DNA of 63,275 nucleotides from a virus. The notes beneath the pieces were generated by a model. That model did no database searches and was not told the DNA's origin. It saw only the letters and a list, made by a program, of their open reading frames with translations. Shown in pieces: positions 44,801 to 52,557 of the stretch. The translations under genes and the position numbers were made by a program. Within the stretch, counting starts at the first letter, position 1. Each line of letters begins with the position of its first letter. The stretch lies in the IMG/VR virus record IMGVR_UViG_3300045988_139407; one strand, written 5' to 3'.

Positions 44801-45481
44801 TTATTGTTCACACTTTTGAATTATCTGTGCTAGAATGCTTTCAACACCTTTTGGCTTGAAGAAGCGATTGCCATTGAGGAGAGACAGGGCTTCTTTGGCA
44901 TTGTTGTTGATCAATGGCAAACGACCAGCTTGATTCTTGTAACTTTTATAATCCGCTTCTAATTGTCGCTTGTACGCCTTGCCCTTGTCTAGATAGTCTG
45001 CTTCAAGTGCTTTTTCCTTCTCCTTATATTCAGAAATGAGAGCTGCTTCTTTTTTGGCATACTCATCATTGAGAGACTTTTCCTTGTCATCCAACTTTTT
45101 CTCTTTTTCTTTATATTTCTGAACAGAGGATTCGTAACTTTCACGTGAAGCGTCTCGCTGCTTGATGCTACGCTTTACCTCGTCCTTCATTTGCTCTTCA
45201 ACCTTCAAGCGCACATCTTCAAAGCCAAGGTAAGACTCAGATGTCTCAACTGTTCTTCTTGGCTTATCGTCTCGTGAATAAAGATGATCTGTTTGACTAC
45301 CATCAATTCTGTCAAACACGGATCTCTCATACTCTACTTGCACTTCCTTGCGGATGATGACTCTGGAACCGTCTTTGAGGGACGCAATGGTCTTATCCTT
45401 CTCTTTGACGGTCTCTTCTAATTCCTTTACTCGATTCTTCAAGGTTTCGAACTCTGAATAATCTACATTTACTACAGCCAT
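44801..45481 (-). CDS. Coiled-coil protein, 226 aa
   Basis: K/E-rich heptad-like sequence throughout. Confidence 0.55.
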   Translation of the reverse strand: MAVVNVDYSEFETLKNRVKELEETVKEKDKTIASLKDGSRVIIRKEVQVEYERSVFDRIDGSQTDHLYSRDDKPRRTVETSESYLGFEDVRLKVEEQMKDEVKRSIKQRDASRESYESSVQKYKEKEKKLDDKEKSLNDEYAKKEAALISEYKEKEKALEADYLDKGKAYKRQLEADYKSYKNQAGRLPLINNNAKEALSLLNGNRFFKPKGVESILAQIIQKCEQ

Positions 45482-45499
45482 AATTGTTATGATTTGAAT

Positions 45500-45748
45500 T
45501 TAACTTTTATATATTTCAGCATTCTCTATTGGGATGTCGTACCACGGAAGGGAATAGCCTTTATCTTTCATTTCTTCTGGCAATTGACAGCGATAATGGC
45601 TGTCAAAGAAATTTTGCCAGACTTTATCCACCTCCAAAATCGTACCTGCTGGAAGCTCTGGCTTCGGCTTAAACCATGGGCGTGGATATTTTGTCGTTTC
45701 GTGAACATCCTGAGCGCACTTCGTTGGTTTGATTATTTTTATCTTCAT
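45500..45748 (-). CDS. Hypothetical protein, 82 aa
   Basis: ATG at 45748. Confidence 0.5.
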   Translation of the reverse strand: MKIKIIKPTKCAQDVHETTKYPRPWFKPKPELPAGTILEVDKVWQNFFDSHYRCQLPEEMKDKGYSLPWYDIPIENAEIYKS

Positions 45749-45787
45749 TGTTCTAATTCATTTTATATTACATATTCTTTTATAAGA

Positions 45788-45817
45788 CCAGTGATAGAAT
45801 CGCTGGGAACGGTGGCT
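45788..45817. repeat. Conserved intergenic hairpin element, copy 2
   Basis: CCAGTGAT-AGA-ATCGCTGG followed by GAACGGTGGCT; see copy 1 at 16233-16262. Confidence 0.6.
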
Positions 45818-45932
45818 TTTACCACATTCTTGTTTTCAAAATAATCAAACGTTTATTGCGTTTAACTAGATTTTCTAACTTTTTCATATCAGATAAATAC
45901 TTATCCACAGTCTTCATTGTCTTTTTCATAAG

Positions 45933-46193
45933 CTACTTATTCACTTTGACTAAATTTTTGAGATTGTTGAAAGCCTCATAGTCTTCCTTGCTGATTTCTA
46001 TGCAGTTGTCGAACTGGATAGTTGCAGGATCAGCTATCTCTGAATATCCTTCATTAATCACCTTGATAGCCTCCATTAGAGGGAACAATGCTGAGCCATC
46101 ATCCTTCATGAAGGTAAAGTCAACCTTACACCATGTGTTGGCTATGTCTTTGCGCATGAATGATGCGGCTACATAAAAATATCTTTTCTTCAT
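45933..46193 (-). CDS. Hypothetical protein, 86 aa
   Basis: ATG at 46193. Confidence 0.5.
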   Translation of the reverse strand: MKKRYFYVAASFMRKDIANTWCKVDFTFMKDDGSALFPLMEAIKVINEGYSEIADPATIQFDNCIEISKEDYEAFNNLKNLVKVNK

Positions 46194-46753
46194 ATTGCTT
46201 CTTGTTTTAATTGTTTGTTTATTGCTCCCTGAGCAAGGATTTGCTGCCAGTTGGCTTCATGATAATTTCTTGCCTCTTGCTTCTCTGTTAGTTGTGGGTC
46301 GTAGCCACCGAAGCATAAGGCGTCAAATTTCTCATACTCCTTCATCGTATGTGGAGGCTTGGAGCCAGGAGTGGCTGGAATGTAATCCTTGGCAAACTCC
46401 TTAGGTAGAAGGTTTATTATAGTTGAGGCTACTGGGTCGAGGACTTCGTATTTGAAAATACGGCTCTTTCCTTTTGTAGAAGTGTTATATACTGGTTGTG
46501 CCCAACAGATGTTACCCCTGTAGTGTGATATGAGACCAGAGAAATAATAGGGCTTCCATATCCTCTTATCCTTGTATGCACAGCAGATACCTGTAGGAGA
46601 ATCTTCATTATAAGCACTATCTGACTTCCAGCAATGGTTGTAGCCGAGGTCGCTGATGTGGCTATGTACACAGAACTTGCACATCCTCATTTTCTCCTGA
46701 TCAGCAACTGATGGCGTTGGCTTCATCAGGTTTTGTTTGATGTAATTGCCCAT
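46190..46753 (-). CDS. Hypothetical Cys-containing protein, 187 aa
   Basis: ATG at 46753; CKFCVHSH...CCAYKD segment. Confidence 0.55.
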   Translation of the reverse strand: MGNYIKQNLMKPTPSVADQEKMRMCKFCVHSHISDLGYNHCWKSDSAYNEDSPTGICCAYKDKRIWKPYYFSGLISHYRGNICWAQPVYNTSTKGKSRIFKYEVLDPVASTIINLLPKEFAKDYIPATPGSKPPHTMKEYEKFDALCFGGYDPQLTEKQEARNYHEANWQQILAQGAINKQLKQEAI

Positions 46754-46764
46754 AGATATATACT

Positions 46765-47427
46765 TTAAAGTTCAACCGTTGCATCAACATATTCCTCTTT
46801 GCAATTACAACACGGAGAGATTACGATAGTGATGTTCTCGTCAATACGGAAGTATGCATAATAAACCTTGCTATCTTTTTTAGCTTTAGAAAGAAGTGTA
46901 ATATGATCCTTACCCAGAAGCAATAAAGCATCAATTATTGCTTTTATATGATTATTGTTAATAAAGAACCCATCAAGTTTTATGACAGCATACCATTCTG
47001 GTTCATAACACTTTCTGATATTTCGCTTGAAAAAACCAAAACCATTACAGATAGGGCAGTCAAAGTCATTACAATGGGTATGTCCTTTCTCATCTAGGTA
47101 CTCCCATACTACAGAACCTGTACCATTACATTCGTCGCAATCTTCCTTATCATATTCCTCAACTCCTATTTTCGGCAGAGATTCGTATGCTTTCTGTAGG
47201 CTTAAAAGAGGAATATTCAGTTCTTGCTCTACTGGAGGAAATTCCATATTGAACAATTCTGTTCTCTCATACTTGCCTTGGCAGACTTCTGCATTGATGT
47301 AGATAGACTTGTAGCAATCTGTAGCAAAGACCTTGGTGTCTTTGAGAAGAGGCATTGCAGAGAGGCTTCCTTTGCTATAGAACAGTCCGAGCAGTTTCTG
47401 TTCGTCTACATTTTCATATCCTATCAT
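46765..47427 (-). CDS. Protein with a DnaJ-type CxxCxGxG zinc-finger pair, 220 aa
   Basis: CDECNGTGSVVWEY...CPICNGFGFF. Confidence 0.55.
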   Translation of the reverse strand: MIGYENVDEQKLLGLFYSKGSLSAMPLLKDTKVFATDCYKSIYINAEVCQGKYERTELFNMEFPPVEQELNIPLLSLQKAYESLPKIGVEEYDKEDCDECNGTGSVVWEYLDEKGHTHCNDFDCPICNGFGFFKRNIRKCYEPEWYAVIKLDGFFINNNHIKAIIDALLLLGKDHITLLSKAKKDSKVYYAYFRIDENITIVISPCCNCKEEYVDATVEL

Positions 47428-47651
47428 AGTTCATCCTCCTTGGTATTTTTACGTTTCCGTTCCCCACAACATTCCCAGTGGAAGCGATGATGGCCGAAGT
47501 CGTTGCATGTTCTGCAGTACTTACTGTTTGCTGTAGGCCGGAAAAACTTGCAACTCTTACAAGAGCGATTGCGGTGAGTGTAAACTAGATAGATGAATGT
47601 GCTGGCCATAACTACAAGGCACAGCATGATGATGATGAATCCGATTTCCAT
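47424..47651 (-). CDS. Small TM + Cys-rich protein, 75 aa
   Basis: MEIGFIIIMLCLVVMASTFIYLV followed by CKSCKF...CRTCNDFGHHRFHWECCG. Confidence 0.5.
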   Translation of the reverse strand: MEIGFIIIMLCLVVMASTFIYLVYTHRNRSCKSCKFFRPTANSKYCRTCNDFGHHRFHWECCGERKRKNTKEDEL

Positions 47652-47652
47652 A

Positions 47653-48225
47653 TTACTTTTTGTTTTTAATGATTTTGTTTAATACCTGCTTGTTGTGCTC
47701 AGTATCATCATTGATGAGGTGATAAGAGCGAACTTTCTCGAAGGCGTTGACTTCGGCTGCTTGCATGTAAGCCTTGACCACTTCGATGAAATCTTCTAGG
47801 GAACGACAGAGGGCGTACTTGTAGCCAGCGCACTGCCAATAGCCCTGGAAGCGTTTCTGATTGGCAGACTGATTGTTTGTCTTACCATACTTAAGTTCGA
47901 TGCCCAAGCCGAAGTAAACTTCTGGGTTCTCGTAGATGATGCCTGTCTTGCCATCCTTCATGGAAGGGATAGCAAGGATGAGGTCGGGAACGCCTGGGAC
48001 CACGCCCGATGCTGCATTGATGGCTAGCTTCTTGCCACTGGTAGCACCGTCTGCCTCGTTCTTGGGATGGAAGAGGAGTGTGGAGAAAGCTGGGTACTGT
48101 AGTCGAAACCATCGTACACAGGCTATCTGCAACTGACCTTCTCGCTGAATCTTCTTCTGCTGAGGCTTCTGCGTGTATTCAGGATAATTGCCGTTGAGGC
48201 GGTCGATTAATTCTTGTCTGTCCAT
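47653..48225 (-). CDS. VRR-NUC family nuclease, 190 aa
   Basis: GVVPGVPDLILAIP...GLGIELKYGKTNNQSANQKRF matches the PD-(D/E)xK VRR-NUC pattern (G.PD ... E.K ... Q). ATG 48225 is chosen downstream of the stop of the previous gene. Confidence 0.6.
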   Translation of the reverse strand: MDRQELIDRLNGNYPEYTQKPQQKKIQREGQLQIACVRWFRLQYPAFSTLLFHPKNEADGATSGKKLAINAASGVVPGVPDLILAIPSMKDGKTGIIYENPEVYFGLGIELKYGKTNNQSANQKRFQGYWQCAGYKYALCRSLEDFIEVVKAYMQAAEVNAFEKVRSYHLINDDTEHNKQVLNKIIKNKK

Positions 48226-48259
48226 AATCGTATGAATTAAATTGTTTGTTACTTGTATT

Positions 48260-49645
48260 TTAGTCGCTGAGGAGAGACTGGAGATAATTCTGAGTCTGAT
48301 CATCCAAGTCGGCCAGTGACTGTTCTTCTTCTGCCACCGATGGATTCCAGACGATGCCCAGTTTGGCTAGAGTGCCATTCTTGTAGGCATCTTTCACCAT
48401 CTGTGCCATGGAACCATCCGGGTTCTTCTTGGCGGCTTCAATCCAGCCTAAATACTTCTGCCGTAAGGCTTCGGTCTGTTCTTTCTCCAGTTCCTTCTTG
48501 CGTTCTTCCTTCATTCTGAGGCGAGCTTCAATTTCCTCGTTACTTTCCTCGCGTTGAGGCTGAGGAGGAGCAGGTGGTGGAGAACTTGAATGCTGAGGCT
48601 TCTTCCCAGCTGAGGCTACAACTGTAGGGTTGTCGAAGGTTCCTTCCATCAGAGCCTCGTAGTTCTTCGGATTGAATATCCAGTTGAAGGAGATATAGCA
48701 TCCACCATCCTTGCGCCCTGAGAGAAGATCGGAGTTGAGAGCCTTTCGAAGCATCGGTTCTATATCCTCGAAGGAATAGTCTGAGATAAACTTTGCCACC
48801 ATCTTCTTGCGGTCGGGAGTCATCTTTGAGATTGGCTTGACCTGCGTTCCAAGAAAGAGGCGATTGAAGAGTCTTAGCACTTCCGAGAACTGAACTTCCG
48901 GATCCAACGACTTTTTTTCTTTTTCTTTTTTTTGTGTGTGGGTGTGGGCTTTCTCCTTTCTTTGTTTGTTTTCTTTTATAGGGGGTTCGGGGGAAATGTT
49001 TTCTTTTATTTGTTTCTTTCCTCTTACTTCTGTGCCCTTACCCTTGCCCTTGGCTGTGCCCTCAACTTCGGCAGAATCTTCGGAATCACATTTATTTAAA
49101 GGGGTTTCGGAGTGTGAAATCTGTGCCCCAGATTGTGCCCTTGGCTGTGCCCCTTGTTTTGTCTGTGCCCTAGATTGTGCCCTATTCGTGCCCTTAACTG
49201 TGCCCTTAACTGTGCCCTTGCTAGTTTCAGAATCTTCGGAATCGCCTTTATTTAAAGGAACTTCGGAAGATTGAATCTGTGCCCTAGATTGTGCCCCAAT
49301 CTGTGCCCCGAAGTGTGCCGTAACCTGTGCCCCTTGGTCTCTTTGCCACGGTATGATGCAGTGGGATAGGGGGTGAGAACTGTTAACGTAGAGTTTGGTT
49401 GAGGCTCTTGGAGCAGAGCACTTGGTGATGATTTTCTCGGCTATGAGCACATCGATGGCGACACGGATGGTCTTGACCGTGGTATGGAGCTGTAGAGCCA
49501 AATCACGATAGGAGAGGGTGGCAGCGGAAGCCTCGTTGTGAGCGGAGGAGAGGAGCACATGGATGAGCACCTGAACGACCACAGGACGATGGAAGTAACG
49601 CCACTGCAACAGCTCTGGAGTAAATATGTAGCCATCTGTTTTCAT
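48260..49645 (-). CDS. Replication initiator / replisome organiser, 461 aa
   Basis: N-terminal winged-helix-like segment (LSYRDLALQLHTTVKTIRVAIDVLIAEKIITK). Repeat-rich linker (GAQ/RAQ units). The C-terminal part (VLRLFNRLF...MTPDRKKMVAKFISDYSFEDIEPMLRKAL...FNWIFNPKNYEALMEG) resembles the DnaD/'conserved phage C-terminus' organiser domain. Confidence 0.55.
   Translation of the reverse strand: MKTDGYIFTPELLQWRYFHRPVVVQVLIHVLLSSAHNEASAATLSYRDLALQLHTTVKTIRVAIDVLIAEKIITKCSAPRASTKLYVNSSHPLSHCIIPWQRDQGAQVTAHFGAQIGAQSRAQIQSSEVPLNKGDSEDSETSKGTVKGTVKGTNRAQSRAQTKQGAQPRAQSGAQISHSETPLNKCDSEDSAEVEGTAKGKGKGTEVRGKKQIKENISPEPPIKENKQRKEKAHTHTQKKEKEKKSLDPEVQFSEVLRLFNRLFLGTQVKPISKMTPDRKKMVAKFISDYSFEDIEPMLRKALNSDLLSGRKDGGCYISFNWIFNPKNYEALMEGTFDNPTVVASAGKKPQHSSSPPPAPPQPQREESNEEIEARLRMKEERKKELEKEQTEALRQKYLGWIEAAKKNPDGSMAQMVKDAYKNGTLAKLGIVWNPSVAEEEQSLADLDDQTQNYLQSLLSD
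49031..49332. repeat. Iteron-like array: 14 exact TGTGCCC plus 2 one-mismatch copies, mostly at 12-bp spacing; candidate origin of replication
   Basis: Exact copies start at 49031, 49055, 49122, 49134, 49146, 49164, 49176, 49199, 49211, 49278, 49290, 49302 and 49326. Variants start at 49187 and 49314, and one further exact copy is counted within the array. Two blocks of about 75 bp (49071-49140 and 49228-49296) are also near-duplicates. The array is flanked by a T-rich tract at 48905-49030. Confidence 0.6.
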
Positions 49646-49693
49646 TTTTATTCTTCTTCTTTATTTGGAATGTAGAATTTACGAATCTATCAT

Positions 49694-51007
49694 TTATTTG
49701 TTTTCTTCAGCCTCGATGGCACGGAATATCTCGTAAGCCACTTGTGGGACCCAGGCATTGCCGTAAGCCTTTATGGATTCTTGTCGCCACTTGGGGAAAG
49801 AAATGGTAAGGCTGTCCACATCAAAGGGAATCCCATCATTTCCTCTACAAACAGGGGATTGAGTTGGGAAGTTCCGCCACCTACTTTGTGGGCTATCTGC
49901 TCCGCTAGATTGGCTTTCTCCTTGTTGTGGCTCTTCAAAGAATCCATTGTCATTGTACTTCTGAGACCATCTGTTGCACTTGGAGTGAGGAGATAATGGA
50001 AATCCAGAAAGTCGGTCAGTCCTTTCACTCGGTTGGAGTGTTTTATCTCCATTGCAGTAGGCGTGGGAAGCAAGCCTTTTCGAGCGGCGAGTGCCAAGGT
50101 TGGACGATCTGCTGCATTCGGTGATGGACTTCTGTTTATTCGCCCTCCTCCTTTGTCTATGGCTGTTGGAGTAGGAAGAAGTTTTGCTACTGCCATGTCT
50201 TCTAACTCCAGGTTGTGGTCGGTCTTGCCCTTCTTTGGATTTCTTCTCCCTCGCTCGTTGATTTCCATGTCCTTGAGAGGAATATCCATCGCATTGGGTG
50301 TGGGCAATATGTCCGAGAACATCACTTGTGAAGCCAGGCTTCCGTATGTCGTTCCGTTCCGATAACCGTTCTTTTTGGCTCTTTCCTTGAATTTCTTCGG
50401 ATCTTCGGTTATCATTACTGCTGTTGGGGTTAGAAGGAGTTGCTGATATTCTTCTTGCAACAATCCATACTCTATCCCTTCTGTGGGGCGCTCCGACACT
50501 GCAAGCTGGAATAACAATCGGTTGGACGGAATATCCTTCGGCTTCGAGATCTGCACAGATTTTGTCGAGTGTGAATCGGCTTTCTTCTCTATATATGTAA
50601 TTCTCTTCGAAAAGATCGTCTGTGCGTCCCATCTGAGTGACTTGGCAGGACTCCACCATCGTCTTGATTCCAGCAACGTTTTCACCAACGACCCAAGTGG
50701 GGTGTATCTGCCGTATCGCTCGAAGCATCTGAGGCCAGAGGTAGCGGTTATCGTCCGCTCCCTTTCTTCGACCAGCGAGGGAGAAGGGTTGGCATGGGAA
50801 TCCTCCGGTGAGAACATCGACTTTTCCCTGCCACTGATGGAAGTCTGTTTTGGTAATGTCTTCATAACTTTCTGAATTTGGGAACCAGTATTGGAGCACC
50901 TTGCGAGGGAACTCTTGTATCTCGCAATGGAAGAGGTTCTGCCATCCCATCATGGATGCCGCGACCTCAGCACCACCGATTCCGCTGAATAAACTAGCGT
51001 GATTCAT
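49694..51007 (-). CDS. C5 cytosine DNA methyltransferase, frame A, 437 aa from ATG 51007
   Basis: Motif I LFSGIGG, IV GGFPCQPFS, VI VVGENV, VIII APHRRDRVWIVA and C-terminal motif X AYGNAWVPQV are all in this frame. The roughly 200-aa region between VIII and X is S/R/N/K-rich low complexity. Confidence 0.75.
   Translation of the reverse strand: MNHASLFSGIGGAEVAASMMGWQNLFHCEIQEFPRKVLQYWFPNSESYEDITKTDFHQWQGKVDVLTGGFPCQPFSLAGRRKGADDNRYLWPQMLRAIRQIHPTWVVGENVAGIKTMVESCQVTQMGRTDDLFEENYIYREESRFTLDKICADLEAEGYSVQPIVIPACSVGAPHRRDRVWIVARRISATPSNPNSSNDNRRSEEIQGKSQKERLSERNDIRKPGFTSDVLGHIAHTQCDGYSSQGHGNQRAREKKSKEGQDRPQPGVRRHGSSKTSSYSNSHRQRRRANKQKSITECSRSSNLGTRRSKRLASHAYCNGDKTLQPSERTDRLSGFPLSPHSKCNRWSQKYNDNGFFEEPQQGESQSSGADSPQSRWRNFPTQSPVCRGNDGIPFDVDSLTISFPKWRQESIKAYGNAWVPQVAYEIFRAIEAEENK
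49771..50865 (-). CDS. Second long ORF (frame B, +1 relative to frame A) nested inside the methyltransferase gene, 364 codons
   Basis: Five [LI]L[PT]TP[TSN]A repeats (LLTPTAVM, ILPTPNAMD, LLPTPTAID, LLPTPTAME, LLTPSATD) and a motif-IX-like LNPLFVEEMMGFPLMWT. Its stop (49771-49773) lies 6 nt upstream of the Tyr codon of motif X in frame A. Confidence 0.4.
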   Translation of the reverse strand: MKTLPKQTSISGREKSMFSPEDSHANPSPSLVEERERTITATSGLRCFERYGRYTPLGSLVKTLLESRRWWSPAKSLRWDAQTIFSKRITYIEKKADSHSTKSVQISKPKDIPSNRLLFQLAVSERPTEGIEYGLLQEEYQQLLLTPTAVMITEDPKKFKERAKKNGYRNGTTYGSLASQVMFSDILPTPNAMDIPLKDMEINERGRRNPKKGKTDHNLELEDMAVAKLLPTPTAIDKGGGRINRSPSPNAADRPTLALAARKGLLPTPTAMEIKHSNRVKGLTDFLDFHYLLTPSATDGLRSTMTMDSLKSHNKEKANLAEQIAHKVGGGTSQLNPLFVEEMMGFPLMWTALPFLSPSGDKNP

Positions 51008-51428
51008 ATTGCTTACTTTTGTTTCTGTTGTGTTCCAGGAGCCACTGTAGGTGAGCAGCCTTAGAAGGATCACGGAACAGGGATTTTGCTTTATCTATAT
51101 CTGGATTCAGCATTATCTTCTTTTCTTTCTTTGCTGCTGCTCTTTTCTTCTGATAGTATCTACGCTGGTACTCCTTCACCTTTTCGGGGTGATTCTGTCT
51201 CCAGCTCTTAGATTTTTCCAGCAATTTTTCTTTGTTGCGCTGATAGTATCTCTGATAATATCCAGTGCCGTTGGCTCGTTCCTTGGCTGCATTTTCCCGA
51301 TATAGCTTCTTCTTTTCGGGATGATCCTTGATATATTTGCGAGAATAGGCGAGCATTTTATCACGATGCTTAAGATAGTATTCTCGCTGCCGTGCTATGC
51401 TGTCTGACTTTGCTTTTTCTTTACTCAT
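50994..51428 (-). CDS. Basic repeat protein, 144 aa
   Basis: Repeated Y-Y-x-+-x-+-E-K / NPEK units (YYLKHRDKM, DHPEKKKLY, YYQRNKEKL, NHPEKVKEY). Overlaps the methylase start by 14 nt. Confidence 0.55.
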   Translation of the reverse strand: MSKEKAKSDSIARQREYYLKHRDKMLAYSRKYIKDHPEKKKLYRENAAKERANGTGYYQRYYQRNKEKLLEKSKSWRQNHPEKVKEYQRRYYQKKRAAAKKEKKIMLNPDIDKAKSLFRDPSKAAHLQWLLEHNRNKSKQYESR

Positions 51429-51918
51429 TTACGACCTCCCAATCTTTCGCAAATATATCAGATGAAGAAGGAACCCAAGAATCTGCTTTTCCATCTGTAT
51501 TGATGATAAGCATCTGATTGGTGTAGTCAATGTGAGGATTCTCACGACTCATCAAGATGTCCTTGGCAGACTGAGGAAGTGACTGCATCTTAGGAATGAT
51601 GTCACCACCAATGTGAGAAGGAACCTGCTTAACGATAAACAAACCCTTGCCATTCCAACTCTTACGTCTTACCGCAAAACCATCCTTCAGTAAGATAATA
51701 GCACCACCAAAGGTAAGTGAGCCTACTTCATGATAGGCTTCGTCAAACACACTCTTAGGAGACCAAGACTTATATCCGTCCTTGTACTCTACCAGGTAGC
51801 CATCTTCCTCAATGGTTACTGGCTTAAGAGTGGCAATTTTTCTACCAAGCACTTTCTGTGCTTCTTTCATAGTCATAGGTTCTGCCTTTACGACCTTTGT
51901 ACCAATATACTTTTTCAT
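51421..51918 (-). CDS. DUF2829 (Tad2-like) domain protein with an extra N-terminal domain, 165 aa
   Basis: The C-terminal half LTFGGAIILLKDGFAVRRKSWNGKGLFIV...DSWVPSSSDIFAKDWEVV follows the DUF2829 pattern (..G..+RR..WNGKG ... W.PS..D+.A.DWEVV). Confidence 0.65.
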   Translation of the reverse strand: MKKYIGTKVVKAEPMTMKEAQKVLGRKIATLKPVTIEEDGYLVEYKDGYKSWSPKSVFDEAYHEVGSLTFGGAIILLKDGFAVRRKSWNGKGLFIVKQVPSHIGGDIIPKMQSLPQSAKDILMSRENPHIDYTNQMLIINTDGKADSWVPSSSDIFAKDWEVVNE

Positions 51919-51955
51919 ATTACTTATATTAATGTCCTATAAGGACGGTTAGTTA

Positions 51956-52177
51956 CTAAAGTTCATCAAACTCTTTCTGAATGCTATTTAAAGCCTTTTT
52001 TATAGCATTCTTTATGTCGGCAGATTCTTTTGGCGCATACTTGTTTATATCTATTAGAGCACGCCCCAGTATATTTTCATTAACACTCATGCCATTACAA
52101 TATCTATCTATAACTCCGTTATAATCACCAATTAAGCTGCTTAATTGGTTAGCTCTATCTAATTTTTGTTTATCCAT
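51956..52177 (-). CDS. Hypothetical protein, 73 aa
   Basis: ATG at 52177; helical. Confidence 0.5.
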   Translation of the reverse strand: MDKQKLDRANQLSSLIGDYNGVIDRYCNGMSVNENILGRALIDINKYAPKESADIKNAIKKALNSIQKEFDEL

Positions 52178-52208
52178 ATTGTTAACTGTTTATTAGTTAA
52201 TCTATTTT

Positions 52209-52349
52209 TCATTCACATGGCAGTTTCTCCTGATGCTGCACGTATCTTTTGTGCTTAAGGCAATACTTGCCATTGATACAGTTACGCCCATCATGGCAGA
52301 GGAGGCACTTGCGAGCTGCATAGGTGCTCTTACTTCTGGAATCGCTCAT
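52209..52349 (-). CDS. Small Cys-rich ORF, 46 aa (below the track cutoff)
   Basis: Hand translation gives MSDSRSKSTYAARKCLLCHDGRNCINGKYCLKHKRYVQHQEKLPCE. It fills the gap between two genes. Confidence 0.3.
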   Translation of the reverse strand: MSDSRSKSTYAARKCLLCHDGRNCINGKYCLKHKRYVQHQEKLPCE

Positions 52350-52548
52350 AATAGTAAGTTACTATCTGATGCTCGGTAGGCTGAAAGCCATTACGAGTGT
52401 TAAGAGTATCTACTATCTCATCATAGGTACTCTGAGGCATCTGTAAAATGAGATTCTCATCATGATAGCCCTGAGAGAGTTTACTGAGGCAGAGCCATCC
52501 AAGGACTAGCCAGATGGCAATGCAGAAGATGGTCTTAATTGTTTTCAT
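52330..52548 (-). CDS. Small membrane protein, 72 aa
   Basis: N-terminal TM IKTIFCIAIWLVLGWLCL. Confidence 0.5.
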   Translation of the reverse strand: MKTIKTIFCIAIWLVLGWLCLSKLSQGYHDENLILQMPQSTYDEIVDTLNTRNGFQPTEHQIVTYYYERFQK

Positions 52549-52557
52549 AACTTTATC

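Noticed and set aside
49031-49332. The repeat array as a CRISPR locus
   Set aside because: The repeat unit is only 7 bp at 12-bp spacing and lies inside an open reading frame. No cas genes are present and the unit is not CRISPR-sized. An iteron interpretation fits better.
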